This document shows, piece by piece, positions 27,978-37,777 of a stretch of DNA of 64,000 bases (positions are counted from its first letter, which is position 1; each line of letters begins with the position of its first letter). The notes under the pieces are model-generated. The model made no database searches and had not been told where the DNA came from. It saw only the letters and a program-made list of their open reading frames with translations. Made by a program: the position numbers and the translations under genes. Source of the stretch: a virus; IMG/VR virus record IMGVR_UViG_3300027714_002832; one strand, written 5' to 3'.

Positions 27978-28854
27978 AATAATGAACGTATTCAAGATTG
28001 TGCTTGGATACATTAAACATATACCATTGGTTACATTGATAATCAGGTTATACAATAAAATATCACATAGTGTACCATTAGTAATAATGGCGATAATCAT
28101 ATTATTATTCTCTGCTAATCAAATACATACATGGTATTCCCATTACATGGTTCTTTATATTGAAGCAAATAAAGATAAAGAATCAGAAGAATCTAAGAAA
28201 GAACCTGGACTTGTATTCACTCAAATAGATGATAACTTATATACATTGACAGGCGCAGTGGGTGAAGGAGATTGCGAACGCATTGTTCCTGACTTACCAC
28301 AATCATTTACTGTTATTTTAGAAAGCCCAGGTGGTAGTCTATCAGAAGGTTCATGTCTTGCTGCACATTTTAAGTTACGTGATGTAGTTACAGTAGTACG
28401 TGGAACAGAAGTATTTAATGAAAATGGCAAAGTAATATACACGCCAGGCACAGTGAATTTAAACAGTGAAAATACAAAAGATAGCAACAAAGATAAGTCA
28501 ATGTGTGCATCTGCATGTGGTCTTTTATTTCTAGCAGGCGATAAACGATACTTAATAGGTGATGTCTTGTTCGGCATACACGGTCCACGCACACCATTAG
28601 AATCTATTACTAAAATGCACCCAGCAGCACTAGAAGCATCTGCATATCGCACAGCGGCAGCATTAATAAAACTATTAGAAAGACTAGGAGTTGATGAAGC
28701 ATTAAGATTGCTATTCATACAAATTCCATCCGCGTCAATGTATTGGTTACATCCAAGAGATTTTAACGCAAAACCAGAATTAGTTACAATTGCAACTAAT
28801 TACAAAAACTTCTGGAGTTATTCAGCATCAAACTCAGAAGCAGCCCTAAAATAG
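27970..28854 (+). CDS. membrane-anchored ClpP/S49-class (NfeD-like) serine protease candidate
   Basis: 2 N-terminal TM helices; ILESPGGSLSEG and SMCASACGLLFLAG blocks resemble ClpP-fold S49/NfeD proteases. Confidence 0.45.
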   Translation: MNKIMNVFKIVLGYIKHIPLVTLIIRLYNKISHSVPLVIMAIIILLFSANQIHTWYSHYMVLYIEANKDKESEESKKEPGLVFTQIDDNLYTLTGAVGEGDCERIVPDLPQSFTVILESPGGSLSEGSCLAAHFKLRDVVTVVRGTEVFNENGKVIYTPGTVNLNSENTKDSNKDKSMCASACGLLFLAGDKRYLIGDVLFGIHGPRTPLESITKMHPAALEASAYRTAAALIKLLERLGVDEALRLLFIQIPSASMYWLHPRDFNAKPELVTIATNYKNFWSYSASNSEAALK

Positions 28855-28865
28855 GAGAAGATTAA

Positions 28866-29930
28866 ATGTTAAAAAGTTTCTTTGGAACTAAAGAAAGCGC
28901 AGTATATGCATGGGTAATGCTTGCATTCTTGTTAGTTATTACTTGGTACAATGTACAAATATTAGTAGCATACAACTTGTGGAACAAAGAGTTCTATGAT
29001 TCAATTCAAACTCTTCAACAAGAAAGATTTTGGCAACTACTATGGGGATTTGATATGATCAGATTTACCGAGTTGCTAACATTAAAAGAAGACACCGTAC
29101 CATCATTCTTGGAAATTATAATCCTATATACACCAATGGCTACATACGTTATATGGCAGACACAGAGATATACATTCAGATGGCGTGAAGCGAATACACA
29201 TCACTATCTTAAACGATGGGAGAAATCTACCGCTAAGATAGAAGGTGGTTCACAGCGTATTCAAGAAGATTTAATGGTATTCGGTAAAACATTACAAGGT
29301 CTATTCACTGGATTCTTTAGTGCAATACTTGTATTATTTGCATTCTTACCTATCTTATGGGAATTATCAGAAGGTCTACCAGTTTGGAATGGTCAAATCA
29401 TTCCAGGATTCTTAGTGTGGGTAGCACTGACTATCTCAATCGGTGGCACATTGATCTCATTCATATTGGGTATGAAATTGCCTGGACTAGAATACAATAA
29501 CCAAGTGGTAGAAGCAAAATTCAGAAAGAAATTAGTTCATTCAGAAGATGATATAACGCAGCGTGTAACTGATGATTTATTTCCAATGTTCGCAGCAGTC
29601 AAGAAAAACTATTATCGCTTATTTAACTGGTATATGGGCTTTGGTGTATGGTCAACTGCATTCGGTTTAGCAGCGGGCAATATCGCAATCGTGGTATTAG
29701 CACCAAGTTACTTTGAGCAGTTAATCACATTAGGTGTTCTATTCCAAGTACTTAACGCATTTGGTAGAGTAGAAGGTTCAATGACATTCTTTATTGATAG
29801 ATGGACAACGATTGTTGACTTCCAATCAGTGATTAAACGATTGCGTGAATTCAACAAAGTATTGGATGAAGCAGAATTAAATCCTACACCACCAGTAAAG
29901 AAGAAACGAGCATATCGTAAGAAAGCATAA
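28866..29930 (+). CDS. SbmA/BacA-family inner-membrane peptide transporter homologue
   Basis: MLKSFF start, NLWNKEFYDSIQ, KIEGGSQRIQEDLMVF, LPGLEYNNQVVEAKFRKKLVHSEDD, VKKNYYRLFNWYMGF, VLNAFGRVEGS blocks colinear with E. coli SbmA. Confidence 0.75.
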   Translation: MLKSFFGTKESAVYAWVMLAFLLVITWYNVQILVAYNLWNKEFYDSIQTLQQERFWQLLWGFDMIRFTELLTLKEDTVPSFLEIIILYTPMATYVIWQTQRYTFRWREANTHHYLKRWEKSTAKIEGGSQRIQEDLMVFGKTLQGLFTGFFSAILVLFAFLPILWELSEGLPVWNGQIIPGFLVWVALTISIGGTLISFILGMKLPGLEYNNQVVEAKFRKKLVHSEDDITQRVTDDLFPMFAAVKKNYYRLFNWYMGFGVWSTAFGLAAGNIAIVVLAPSYFEQLITLGVLFQVLNAFGRVEGSMTFFIDRWTTIVDFQSVIKRLREFNKVLDEAELNPTPPVKKKRAYRKKA

Positions 29931-29946
29931 CACATCTTATGTAAAA

Positions 29947-29971
29947 AAAGACGCTAAATGCGTCTTTTTTA
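29947..29971 (+). terminator. rho-independent terminator
   Basis: AAGACGC-TAAAT-GCGTCTT hairpin then TTTTTT. Confidence 0.8.
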
Positions 29972-29994
29972 TTGCATTTATTTTACTCAAACAC

Positions 29995-30023
29995 TTGACA
30001 AGTAAGACGCATTGCGTTATAAT
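29995..30023 (+). promoter_or_regulatory. conserved phage promoter module
   Basis: ACACTTGACAAGTAAG, 17 nt, TATAAT then GTTACATAAGTTAATTAAAG. Confidence 0.6.
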
Positions 30024-30055
30024 AGTTACATAAGTTAATTAAAGCGAGAAAGATT

Positions 30056-30367
30056 ATGAAAGCAGTAGTTCGTATTGAAGTTTCAAAAGCCCATCCAACT
30101 GCAAAGTTTTTAACTGTTCGTGATTACCCTGTGCTAGTTGCAAATATCAAAGGCAAAGGTAAGGATGACATTCAGCGTAAAGTAGATCGTTTAACAGATA
30201 AAGTTCGTCGTGAAGAAGGTGTTCAGTATATGGGTTCTACTACTCTGTTCAACAAAGAAATGTCTGGGCTTGGCTTTATTAAGTACAGTAACAAAAACGG
30301 ATTTACTGGTAACTGGAGTAAGTGCAAAAAAGATTTGGAAATGTTTTCCACACTAAAGAGAGCATAA
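30056..30367 (+). CDS. hypothetical basic protein
   Basis: 103-aa ORF with RBS. Confidence 0.5.
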   Translation: MKAVVRIEVSKAHPTAKFLTVRDYPVLVANIKGKGKDDIQRKVDRLTDKVRREEGVQYMGSTTLFNKEMSGLGFIKYSNKNGFTGNWSKCKKDLEMFSTLKRA

Positions 30368-31251
30368 TGATAACAAATATTAATTCTAAAGACGATATCG
30401 CTAATCATAAAGATTACATACTTGAACAAGAACATTGGCTTGCTGATTTAAAAGATCCCGTCATACAACAACATATGGCAAAAAACTTTCAAAGTGCCGC
30501 AGTCTTTGACGAAGCATTCACCAAAGAAGAAATAGAGTGGATTTATGGCTTCGCTTTCAGTCGTTGTACCACAGTAAGACATAATGATAACGGTACTATG
30601 TTTATCAGTGGTAACTTACAAGGTGTTTATGAAAAGTTTGCTGATAGAATTAATCAAATGATTCCTGGAGCAGAAAACTCACCATGTGTAGGAGGTAACT
30701 TTTTCATTACTCCTAGTCAGTATGGTTTACACAATGATAGCACACGTGAAAGCGATTGGGTTCAAAGTTTAGAAAGAACACCTCGCGATAGCGATAGACG
30801 TAAATGGATTCCGTGGCGCAACATGATCATTCCACTATTTACTGCACCTAGTGGCATTGATAGTCATGCTACATTCTTTGATCAACGACATGCTGATTTT
30901 GCACACGTATATCATCATGGTAAGAAAGCAAATCAAACAGTTGCTACCACATATCCCATAGCAGATGATCACGGTAAACTAGATTTCCGCTTATTGGATG
31001 GTACAGTGCAATCAACAGAAGATAATCTACGTAAGTATAATGTTGAACACCATGAAGAGTATCTATATTATACCCCTTACAGGAGATTGACAGGACTTAC
31101 ACCAGAGTTAACATGCGAATGGAAACCAGCAAGTCCTATTGTATTTGATGCTGTACAATTACATGCAACCAATAAAGGATTCAAAGATCAAACTCATTGG
31201 ACTACTAAAATGGGATTGTTACTTACATTTATGAAAGAAGTACCACAATAA
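30367..31251 (+). CDS. hypothetical protein, possible cupin/2OG-Fe(II)-type oxygenase
   Basis: start moved to TAATG overlap (MITNINSKDD); GLHNDS (HxD) and later IDSHATFFD His; weak. Confidence 0.4.
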   Translation: MITNINSKDDIANHKDYILEQEHWLADLKDPVIQQHMAKNFQSAAVFDEAFTKEEIEWIYGFAFSRCTTVRHNDNGTMFISGNLQGVYEKFADRINQMIPGAENSPCVGGNFFITPSQYGLHNDSTRESDWVQSLERTPRDSDRRKWIPWRNMIIPLFTAPSGIDSHATFFDQRHADFAHVYHHGKKANQTVATTYPIADDHGKLDFRLLDGTVQSTEDNLRKYNVEHHEEYLYYTPYRRLTGLTPELTCEWKPASPIVFDAVQLHATNKGFKDQTHWTTKMGLLLTFMKEVPQ

Positions 31252-31269
31252 ATTAAAGAGAGCATTATT

Positions 31270-31509
31270 ATGACTGAATTTATATTATTAATTTTTTTGA
31301 CAGTGTCGTCCGAAGGGCATGATACCGCTTTAAACAAACCATATCCTCGTACGTTCGTGTCAAGAGAAGAATGTATCGCAATGACAGTCGATACTACCGC
31401 AAGAACACACCTTTATCGTTATTTGACAGAACAAATTATTGGTACTCAAACTATTGTTGATATGCGATTCAGTTGTCTACCAGTAACGAAGAAATCAGCC
31501 AATGGCTAG
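31270..31509 (+). CDS. hypothetical protein
   Basis: 79-aa ORF. Confidence 0.4.
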   Translation: MTEFILLIFLTVSSEGHDTALNKPYPRTFVSREECIAMTVDTTARTHLYRYLTEQIIGTQTIVDMRFSCLPVTKKSANG

Positions 31510-31865
31510 ATCTCCAAAAACTGATAAAAAGTTTTCAGTGTGTCGCACTATGGAAGAAGCACGTGGATAACATTAGAACACAATATATATGCAGACTATT
31601 CCCAAACGGTGTAATTAGAGAAGAGCAATGGGGATATGATCCGATAAATGCCGAGAATCATCGTGGAGACTATGAATACATAGTTAGGTGGCATCGCCTA
31701 GATGGACCGGCACATATCGTGTATAATAAGTTGGGTTATATCACGCGATATAAATGGTGGGTCAATGGTGAACTAATAACTAGTGACGTATTAGAAAAAT
31801 ACTTTGTGGATGCACTAAACCCAACAGACGAAGAGATATTTATATTTAAAATGGCTAAAGTATGA
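31473..31865 (+). CDS. hypothetical protein, WHxxDGPA/FKMA family
   Basis: WHRLDGPAHIVYNKLGYITRYKWWVNGE and C-term DEEIFIFKMAKV; paralogue of 59263-59514. Confidence 0.45.
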   Translation: MSTSNEEISQWLDLQKLIKSFQCVALWKKHVDNIRTQYICRLFPNGVIREEQWGYDPINAENHRGDYEYIVRWHRLDGPAHIVYNKLGYITRYKWWVNGELITSDVLEKYFVDALNPTDEEIFIFKMAKV

Positions 31866-32059
31866 TTAAAAATAAAATAAATCCTAGATGGTTTCGTGTA
31901 ACACGACCTATTGGTAGTTTGATAAGTCGTTCGGCAGATGTAGATGAGCATTGGTGCGAAAAAAATTGCATCGGTAAATTCACAAACTCTCCTATGGGAT
32001 CGAACTTCTGGTTTGAGAAAGAAGAAGATGCAATGATGTTTAAAATGGCAAACAGTTAA
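31862..32059 (+). CDS. hypothetical small protein, FKMA-motif family
   Basis: C-term FEKEEDAMMFKMANS matches 25577-26077 C-term. Confidence 0.45.
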   Translation: MIKNKINPRWFRVTRPIGSLISRSADVDEHWCEKNCIGKFTNSPMGSNFWFEKEEDAMMFKMANS

Positions 32060-32065
32060 AACTAG

Positions 32066-32094
32066 TTGACAAGTAACACTCGTCATGCTATAAT
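32066..32094 (+). promoter_or_regulatory. sigma70-like promoter upstream of prs
   Basis: TTGACAAGTAAC, 17 nt, TATAAT 32089-32094. Confidence 0.55.
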
Positions 32095-32127
32095 AACTGA
32101 CATCATGAATATAAAGGATTTAATAAA

Positions 32128-33099
32128 ATGAAAATTATTGCAGGTAACAGTAACAAAAAAATGGCACTTGCCATTGCAGAAAGGTGCTTTGCGTCACTCG
32201 TATCCGCAGATATCAAAACATTTGCAGATGGTGAATCAAGTGTACAGTTTAACGAGAACATTCGTGGCGAAGATGTTTTCATCATTCAATCAACGTCTAC
32301 TCCTGTTAATGACAATCTTATGGAATTGTTGGTTATGATTGACGCTGCAAAACGTAGCAGTGCAACTCGCATTACCGCAGTAATGCCATACTTTGGATAT
32401 GCACGCCAAGATCGTAAGAGTGCATCCCGTACTCCCATCACAGCAAAACTAGTAGCAGACTTACTAACAACAGCGGGCGCAGACAGAATCCTTACAATGG
32501 ACTTACACGCAGGACAAATACAGGGATTCTTTGATATTCCAGTCGATGATCTAACATCCCGTATTGCGTTTGCTAAAGATATTAAGAAGCAATTCTTCAA
32601 AGAAGGTGCTGACGTAACCGAGATTGAAACTGTATTTGTAAGCCCAGATGCAGGCGGTACAGTTCGTGCACGTAAGTTTGCTGACATGTTTGGTGGTGAT
32701 ATTGCCATTGTAGACAAGCGCAGACCACGTGCTGGTGAAAGTGAAGTTATGGGATTAATTGGCGATGTCAAAGGACAACACGCTATTCTAGTAGACGACA
32801 TTATTGACTCAGGTGGTACATTATGTAATGCTGCTCAAGCAATCATGGATGCTGGTGCACTTAGTGTTAGGGCATATATTACACATGGTGTACTTAGTGG
32901 TACTGCTTGTCAAAAAGTTGAAAAGAGTGTACTCACTGAACTAGTAATCACTGACAGCATTGAATTTAATTGTCCAGCAGATCATACAAAAACTAGAACA
33001 GTAAGTGTAAGTCAAATGTTTGGTGAAGCAATTCGTCGTGTCACTAACGAAGAAAGTGTCAGTAGTTTATTCACCCAACTAGTAAGACCTATAGTATGA
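32128..33099 (+). CDS. prs: ribose-phosphate pyrophosphokinase (PRPP synthetase)
   Basis: N-terminal [37 protein letters not shown] loop [11 protein letters not shown]. Confidence 0.9.
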   Translation: MKIIAGNSNKKMALAIAERCFASLVSADIKTFADGESSVQFNENIRGEDVFIIQSTSTPVNDNLMELLVMIDAAKRSSATRITAVMPYFGYARQDRKSASRTPITAKLVADLLTTAGADRILTMDLHAGQIQGFFDIPVDDLTSRIAFAKDIKKQFFKEGADVTEIETVFVSPDAGGTVRARKFADMFGGDIAIVDKRRPRAGESEVMGLIGDVKGQHAILVDDIIDSGGTLCNAAQAIMDAGALSVRAYITHGVLSGTACQKVEKSVLTELVITDSIEFNCPADHTKTRTVSVSQMFGEAIRRVTNEESVSSLFTQLVRPIV

Positions 33100-33839
33100 A
33101 GATTAAGTATATGAGCGATCTTCATTTGGAGTTCGGTCAACTAAATGAAGAACCAACTGATAATGCAGATGTATTAATATTAGCAGGCGATATTAATATT
33201 AAGGGAAGAGTAGGTTGGATTAATGAACAAATTGAAAAATATAAGCACGTTATCTATGTTACTGGCAACCACGAATATTATAACTCTAATATTTCTCATC
33301 TCGATAGTAGATTAGAAGAAAATTTAGATCCACGTATACATTTCCTACAAAATAAATCAGTGAAGATAGAAGACACTATGTTTCATGGTTCTACTCTTTG
33401 GACTGATATGTCATCAGCTGATGAATACTTCATTAATAGAGGTATGTCGGATTTTAACGTCATTAGTATTAATAATGATGATGTAATTAATGATGGTTTT
33501 CGTAAATTCAGAACACATGACTCTAAAGTAGAACATTATGCTGCTATGGAATATCTAAAAGCGAATGTAAAGAAAGGTGATGTAGTGATTACTCACCATG
33601 CTCCATCATTCAAATCGTCGTTGGATTGCTTTATAGGAAGCACATTAAGTCCTGCTTTCGCAACTGATTTATCAGCATTCATTATGGACTACAGGCCTAA
33701 GTTCTGGATTCATGGTCATATGCATAATACATCAGATTATATGATTAGTGGCACTCGTATATTGTGTAATCCTAGAGGGTACATTCATGAAGAAAATCAT
33801 GAATTTGATGTTAACAAAACATTTGAAATAGGAGAATAG
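33096..33839 (+). CDS. calcineurin-like metallophosphoesterase
   Basis: [22 protein letters not shown] motifs. Confidence 0.75.
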   Translation: MKIKYMSDLHLEFGQLNEEPTDNADVLILAGDINIKGRVGWINEQIEKYKHVIYVTGNHEYYNSNISHLDSRLEENLDPRIHFLQNKSVKIEDTMFHGSTLWTDMSSADEYFINRGMSDFNVISINNDDVINDGFRKFRTHDSKVEHYAAMEYLKANVKKGDVVITHHAPSFKSSLDCFIGSTLSPAFATDLSAFIMDYRPKFWIHGHMHNTSDYMISGTRILCNPRGYIHEENHEFDVNKTFEIGE

Positions 33840-33840
33840 T

Positions 33841-34056
33841 ATGATAACAATTTTTGAATTTTTAGCATTTGGTGTAGTTAGTGTTATGTGGTTTATGGTG
33901 GTTACATCATTAAGCACCATAATATATGGTAATAGGCCCACAGATAAACAAGTTCTTATTATATCAGTATTTGCAGGTCCATTTGCGTGGGCAATATTCG
34001 CCTCAATATACGCATATGAATATTATGATAAGATAGTATCAAAACTAGGTGAATAA
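33841..34056 (+). CDS. small membrane protein
   Basis: 71 aa, 2 TM helices. Confidence 0.45.
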   Translation: MITIFEFLAFGVVSVMWFMVVTSLSTIIYGNRPTDKQVLIISVFAGPFAWAIFASIYAYEYYDKIVSKLGE

Positions 34057-34294
34057 TCGTAGTAAAGCACGCAGTAAGAAACAAGAAAAACTACGTATTG
34101 AGCGAGAATATCCAATCATCATGGAAATTAATGTTGGTCAACATAGATCGATTGATTGGCGAGCAATTGATAAAGTAGTTGATTGTGTCTTTATATCTTA
34201 TGCATCTACTCGCATGCAGGCATCTTATCTACCATATGGTGTAATACGATTTAAAACAATACAAGATATGTTTCTAGTAAAACTAATATTATGA
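34049..34294 (+). CDS. hypothetical protein
   Basis: 81-aa ORF. Confidence 0.35.
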   Translation: MNNRSKARSKKQEKLRIEREYPIIMEINVGQHRSIDWRAIDKVVDCVFISYASTRMQASYLPYGVIRFKTIQDMFLVKLIL

Positions 34295-34312
34295 AAAAAG
34301 AGATATAATTTA

Positions 34313-34774
34313 ATGCACGATAAGATGTTTGACCACGTAGTTACTAGTACTATACTTGCTGATTTATGTGATGAAAGTTATTATGATGTATGTCCGTGTA
34401 CGATGACTGCTCCATTGATTAATACTAATGAGTGCCCATTATGTAATGGACATGGTGTGTTGATTATGACTGACTACGATGTCATATTAGCAGATACTTA
34501 TTTTACCAAAAAATCACTCACGCCAATTAACAAAGTGAGTCGCGCAGAAGTTGGTAGGTTTGATACGGTCACAATTGATGGTGTAGAACATGAATTTCAT
34601 AAACCTATATCCACTCATGAACAGACAGTGCGATTACGCATAGCGACAAGGGATGATGATATGGAACATATGTATCCAGAATTATTGAAAGAAAGTGAAA
34701 AACTAACAGCAGCAGAAAACGCATATAAGGATTTACTAGAAAAATGTGAATTACTTGAGAAATTAAAAAAATAG
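34313..34774 (+). CDS. hypothetical protein with CxxC/CxxH zinc-ribbon-like pair
   Basis: 153 aa; CPCT...CPLCNGH. Confidence 0.45.
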   Translation: MHDKMFDHVVTSTILADLCDESYYDVCPCTMTAPLINTNECPLCNGHGVLIMTDYDVILADTYFTKKSLTPINKVSRAEVGRFDTVTIDGVEHEFHKPISTHEQTVRLRIATRDDDMEHMYPELLKESEKLTAAENAYKDLLEKCELLEKLKK

Positions 34775-34776
34775 AC

Positions 34777-34805
34777 TTGACTTATCTTAAAGTCTTTGCT
34801 ATACT
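34777..34805 (+). promoter_or_regulatory. weaker sigma70-like promoter
   Basis: TTGACT 34777-34782, 17 nt, TATACT 34800-34805. Confidence 0.4.
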
Positions 34806-34847
34806 ACTACATGAGCAATATCGCTTATTAAAACTAAGGAATTAAAA

Positions 34848-35759
34848 ATGAACGAAACAACTCGAACACGTAGGTCCCCAGGAGCCAAAATCGCCATTGG
34901 TGCATTCACCGCAATCGTTGCAATTGTTGTGCTTATAGTCGCATTCAATGCATGGACAATTGTAGGTGTAGGTAAAGAGAAAGTAGGTGCTACTTTTGGT
35001 AAAGTGCACGAGTCTGCACTAGGATCAGGCTTCTATATTGTTAACCCACTTGCAGACTTTGAACGTTACGACTTGCAAGAAGTTACGTATACATGGGAAG
35101 ACTTGGGTGTACCAGCACAAGATAATCTAAAAACATCAATGGACGTTGCTATTACTGGTCATTTTATATCTGGTATGACAGCAAATGTACGTGAAAATAT
35201 TGGTTCTAGCGATGGATTTATGGCATCACAAGTAAATCGCAGGGTGCCTGCTATGATTGTTGAAGTAGGTAAAGAACTTGCTGTTGTTTCACAAGACTTT
35301 TATGGTGAAACTACTCTTGCACGTATGGAAACTGAAATCAAGTTCCGACTTAATAAAGAACTACAGCAACGTGGATATCAAATTACTACTGTGAAGTTCT
35401 CAGATATCAACTTACCACAAGTAGTAACAGCAGCAATCGTAAAAACTAAGCAACGTCAACAAGAAGTTAACGAGCAGTTGGCTAAGTTGAAAATCGCTGA
35501 CTTGCAAGCACAAGAGAAGACAGCAGAAGCACAGGCTGCATCTAAGTCTGCCGCATTTAATGCAACAGCAGCAGAGTTAACAGCAGATGCAGAATTATAT
35601 CGCATTCAACGGGTCGCAGAAGGTAACTTAGCACTATCAGCGTCAGTTACAGACAAATTGATTGAATTGAAAGAAGCAGAGGCAGGTCTATTGTGGAATG
35701 GTGTTATGCCAACTACCATGCTAGGTGCAACTCCAAATGTATTAATGAATCTTAAATAA
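34848..35759 (+). CDS. SPFH/band-7 (prohibitin/HflK-like) membrane protein
   Basis: N-terminal TM helix followed by SPFH-like core and C-terminal Ala/Gln coiled coil. Confidence 0.55.
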   Translation: MNETTRTRRSPGAKIAIGAFTAIVAIVVLIVAFNAWTIVGVGKEKVGATFGKVHESALGSGFYIVNPLADFERYDLQEVTYTWEDLGVPAQDNLKTSMDVAITGHFISGMTANVRENIGSSDGFMASQVNRRVPAMIVEVGKELAVVSQDFYGETTLARMETEIKFRLNKELQQRGYQITTVKFSDINLPQVVTAAIVKTKQRQQEVNEQLAKLKIADLQAQEKTAEAQAASKSAAFNATAAELTADAELYRIQRVAEGNLALSASVTDKLIELKEAEAGLLWNGVMPTTMLGATPNVLMNLK

Positions 35760-35773
35760 AAAGGAACTGTAAC

Positions 35774-36148
35774 ATGACAGAAGAGAATACCGTAGTTAAG
35801 TCAGTAGGTGAAATGATTAAAGAGGGTTCAATGAATCCTCGCGATATTCACTCAGAATGGGAAAATAACAAAGATGCACTCATTACAAAACTACAAGAAA
35901 GTATTGTAGAAGTTACATTCCTAAAAGTGAATGGTGACGAACGAGTTATGACGTGTACACTGCGCAACGATATTAAGCCTGCTGCAACTAAAAAAGATCC
36001 ATTGTCACAAGAAAAAGTTCGTAAGATTAGCGAAGAAGTTCTTAGTGTATGGGATGTTAAAGCAGAAGGTTGGCGATCATTTCGCTGGGGTTTAATTCGC
36101 GCTGTAAATGAAGCATCTAACGTAATTGTAGAAAAGGAACTAGTATAA
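35774..36148 (+). CDS. hypothetical protein
   Basis: 124-aa ORF. Confidence 0.45.
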   Translation: MTEENTVVKSVGEMIKEGSMNPRDIHSEWENNKDALITKLQESIVEVTFLKVNGDERVMTCTLRNDIKPAATKKDPLSQEKVRKISEEVLSVWDVKAEGWRSFRWGLIRAVNEASNVIVEKELV

Positions 36149-36393
36149 TGGGTAAAGTATTTACTATCATGAGTGAACAGAATCAGAATCCAGTGACTAC
36201 ACAATGTATTGACACTGATGATTCTACTAAATCTTGGACAGAAGCAGGTCAACAACGTACACGTAATGCACGTGACAAAATTCGTCTTGCACTAATTCAA
36301 GCTAGGAAAGACGGCGAAGCAGGTAACAAAGCGAAGGTATTAGAAGCAGCAGAATTGCGATTGCAACTAGTGGCATTTGATGCTGGTAAGTAA
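36148..36393 (+). CDS. hypothetical protein
   Basis: 81-aa ORF, ATGG overlap. Confidence 0.4.
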   Translation: MGKVFTIMSEQNQNPVTTQCIDTDDSTKSWTEAGQQRTRNARDKIRLALIQARKDGEAGNKAKVLEAAELRLQLVAFDAGK

Positions 36394-36908
36394 CCGTAAC
36401 ACATAAATTCGCAAAGAATTGCGATGTAATTAAATTAAAAAAGGTAGAATACAATGAACGAAATTCATCAACAAATCGTAGAAGCATATGAAGCATACTT
36501 AACAGAACATGCATCATGGGAAGATAAAGGCGTTAAGGCAGCAGCAGCGCGTGCACGTAAAGCACTTGGCGATCTTGGTAAACTTACCAAATCTCGACGC
36601 AGCGAAATCCAAGACAAAAAGAACGCAATGTAATTTACAGCAAATGATAAATATGAGGGTCAGTAATATGATCCTTATACAATCAAATTGCAACTCGACA
36701 CATTCGAGTGAAGGATCACTGATAATATAGTGAGGTTGAATTTAAAAAGGTTATGGGTTTGTTAGAAGTGGCATTTATGGTGTCTAGTTGTGGTGGAATT
36801 ATAGCATTACATGAGTATGTTATGTATAGAGAAGATGTCGATGAAAGCGATCGATACGATGAAGCAGATCAATACGAAGATTGATAAATAATTATATAGG
36901 TATACAAT

Positions 36909-37370
36909 ATGAAATTAAGTAAAAATTTCACAGTAAGTGAATACACAAAATCATCAACTGCAACTCGTAGGTGCATTGATAATTCAATGACTCCAGAACA
37001 TCTAGTAAGTGCTAAAGCCTTATTTGAAAATGTAGTTCAACCAGTAAGAGATCACTTTGGTCCTACTGTTATCACATCTGGATACCGATCAGATGCATTA
37101 AATGATGCAATTGGCGGTGCACGTGGTTCTCAACATTCAAAAGCAGAAGCCGCAGATTTTGAAACAAAATATTCTACAGTAGAAACTGCACAATGGATTG
37201 CAGATACTTTAGACTTTGATCAACTAATCTTGGAATTTTATGTTCCCGGTGACCCTAACTCAGGTTGGACTCATTGTAGTTATAAATCAAAGGCGGAAAA
37301 TAGAAACCAAATCTTAACCGCAGTCAAGGAAGATGGTAAAACCGTTTATAAACATGGAATCGTAACATAA
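36909..37370 (+). CDS. peptidase M15 family (L-Ala-D-Glu / D-Ala-D-Ala peptidase, endolysin-like)
   Basis: FTVSEY...ITSGYRS..LN..IGGARGSQHSKAEAADFE zinc-peptidase M15 motifs (H-x6-D ... H). Confidence 0.7.
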   Translation: MKLSKNFTVSEYTKSSTATRRCIDNSMTPEHLVSAKALFENVVQPVRDHFGPTVITSGYRSDALNDAIGGARGSQHSKAEAADFETKYSTVETAQWIADTLDFDQLILEFYVPGDPNSGWTHCSYKSKAENRNQILTAVKEDGKTVYKHGIVT

Positions 37371-37404
37371 TTAGAATTGGTATAATAACCCAAGGAAATA
37401 AAAT

Positions 37405-37611
37405 ATGAGTACATTAGATAGTTTAACACACCATAAAGAAGTACTAGAACAACGTCATCGTTTATTAGATAAGGTCATTGCTGACATGTATAAACAAAAT
37501 TCAGATGATGTATTACTACATACTATGAAAAAAGAAAAGTTACAACTACGTGACGAAATTGAAGTAATGAATATTCAATTGGAACAAAATAAATCAAAAA
37601 CTTTCAATTAA
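37405..37611 (+). CDS. hypothetical coiled-coil protein
   Basis: 68-aa ORF. Confidence 0.4.
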   Translation: MSTLDSLTHHKEVLEQRHRLLDKVIADMYKQNSDDVLLHTMKKEKLQLRDEIEVMNIQLEQNKSKTFN

Positions 37612-37614
37612 CAC

Positions 37615-37643
37615 TTGACAAGTAACTCATATTGTTATATAAT
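37615..37643 (+). promoter_or_regulatory. conserved phage promoter module
   Basis: ACACTTGACAAGTAAC, 17 nt, TATAAT 37638-37643. Confidence 0.6.
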
Positions 37644-37777
37644 ATCTATATTAAATAAGGAAGTAATTATGTTTTGGTTATTACACGCAGCAGCATTAAT
37701 CGTTATGCCTCTTGCATTATTTGTGACTATACCACTACATCTCATTTCTAATCAACTATAGTTAAGGAATTAACAAT

